Both the position numbers and the translations under genes were made by a program. Under the pieces are notes generated by a model. That model was given only the letters and a program-made list of their open reading frames with translations. It was not told the origin of the DNA and made no database searches. This document shows, in pieces, positions 63,872 to 64,000 of a stretch of DNA of 64,000 nt; the first letter of the stretch is position 1, and every line of letters starts with the position of its first letter. Location: assembly GCA_938041555.1 (NCBI GenBank), contig CALIAC010000011.1, forward strand, positions 18,466 to 82,465, written 5' to 3'. The stretch is from an uncultured Candidatus Saccharibacteria bacterium. GTDB lineage: Bacteria; Patescibacteriota; Saccharimonadia; Saccharimonadales; Saccharimonadaceae.

Positions 63872-64000
63872 ATGAGTGTAAAAATCACAATACCGACCTA
63901 TCTTGCTACCCTCCTCGCTCCGCATACCTGTTGTGGTTGCAACATCGTTGGGACACTGCTCTGTGATAATTGTAAAAACGACATCATCCGCAACCCGCTC
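63872..64000 (+). CDS. ComF-family protein (ComFC-like), N-terminal fragment, runs off the right edge
   Basis: MSVKITIPTYLATLLAPHTCCGCNIVGTLLCDNCKNDIIRNPL has the double C-x-x-C zinc-finger-like N-terminus typical of ComFC/amidophosphoribosyltransferase-like competence proteins. Only 43 codons are visible. Confidence 0.5.
   Translation, partial: MSVKITIPTYLATLLAPHTCCGCNIVGTLLCDNCKNDIIRNPL

Noticed and set aside
1-64000. tRNA, rRNA, tmRNA, transposase, integrase or prophage genes
   Set aside because: I scanned all intergenic gaps over about 100 bp by eye for tRNA-like T-arm/acceptor patterns and found none. No ORF resembles DDE or tyrosine/serine recombinases. A tRNAscan/Infernal run is still needed to be certain.

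Overview
This is a dense chromosomal window of about 64 protein-coding genes, roughly 50 on the minus strand. I recognised no rRNA, tRNA, CRISPR array, transposase or integrase. A housekeeping backbone reads directly from the translations: PNPase, S15, TruB, S20, HolA, Fpg/MutM, Pol I, RpoD, DnaG, Orn, MscL, ArgS, PyrG, class Ia RNR (NrdA/NrdB), CorA, family-4 UDG and Hsp20. It also holds two ABC exporters (a PadR-linked MacB/FtsX type and an ABC-2 type) and Rrf2 and PadR regulators. Many orphan ORFs with no recognisable domain sit between the backbone genes. Several look more AT-rich than their neighbours and have their own SD sites and hairpin terminators. The genetic code is standard (TGA is a stop), SD sites are strong AGGAGG types, and some starts are GTG or TTG. 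The ORF track gives the longest ORFs, so I trimmed many starts to SD-supported ATGs. My best taxonomic guess is a small-genome Saccharibacteria-like CPR/Patescibacteria bacterium carrying Actinobacteria-flavoured genes (WhiB-like, DUF4190-like, spherulin-4-like). This is inference only and an actinobacterial origin is not excluded. The most interesting items are: (1) a type-IV-secretion-like surface module, with a 989-aa VirB6/TrbL-like polytopic protein (56698-59667) divergent from six tandem VirB2/TrbC-like two-helix pilin paralogs (60010-62599) that have variable, Cys-pair-containing heads; (2) two adjacent WhiB-like genes (32918-34184), one of them a two-domain Wbl fusion; (3) three perfect 19-bp tandem repeats, each with a GTGTACAC palindrome, in the promoter region of a GH16 gene (32813-32869); (4) two predicted surface glycoside hydrolases (spherulin-4/GH135-like and GH16) that share an unusual C-terminal module (K/D-rich spacer, TM helix ending in WWW, Arg-rich tail); (5) a DnaG primase whose four zinc-ribbon ligands are all substituted; (6) an 8-mer, ACCTCTGT, over-represented in intergenic DNA; (7) orphan and AT-rich insertions that break the truB-rpsO-pnp synteny, including a possible transglutaminase-fold cysteine peptidase coupled to argS.
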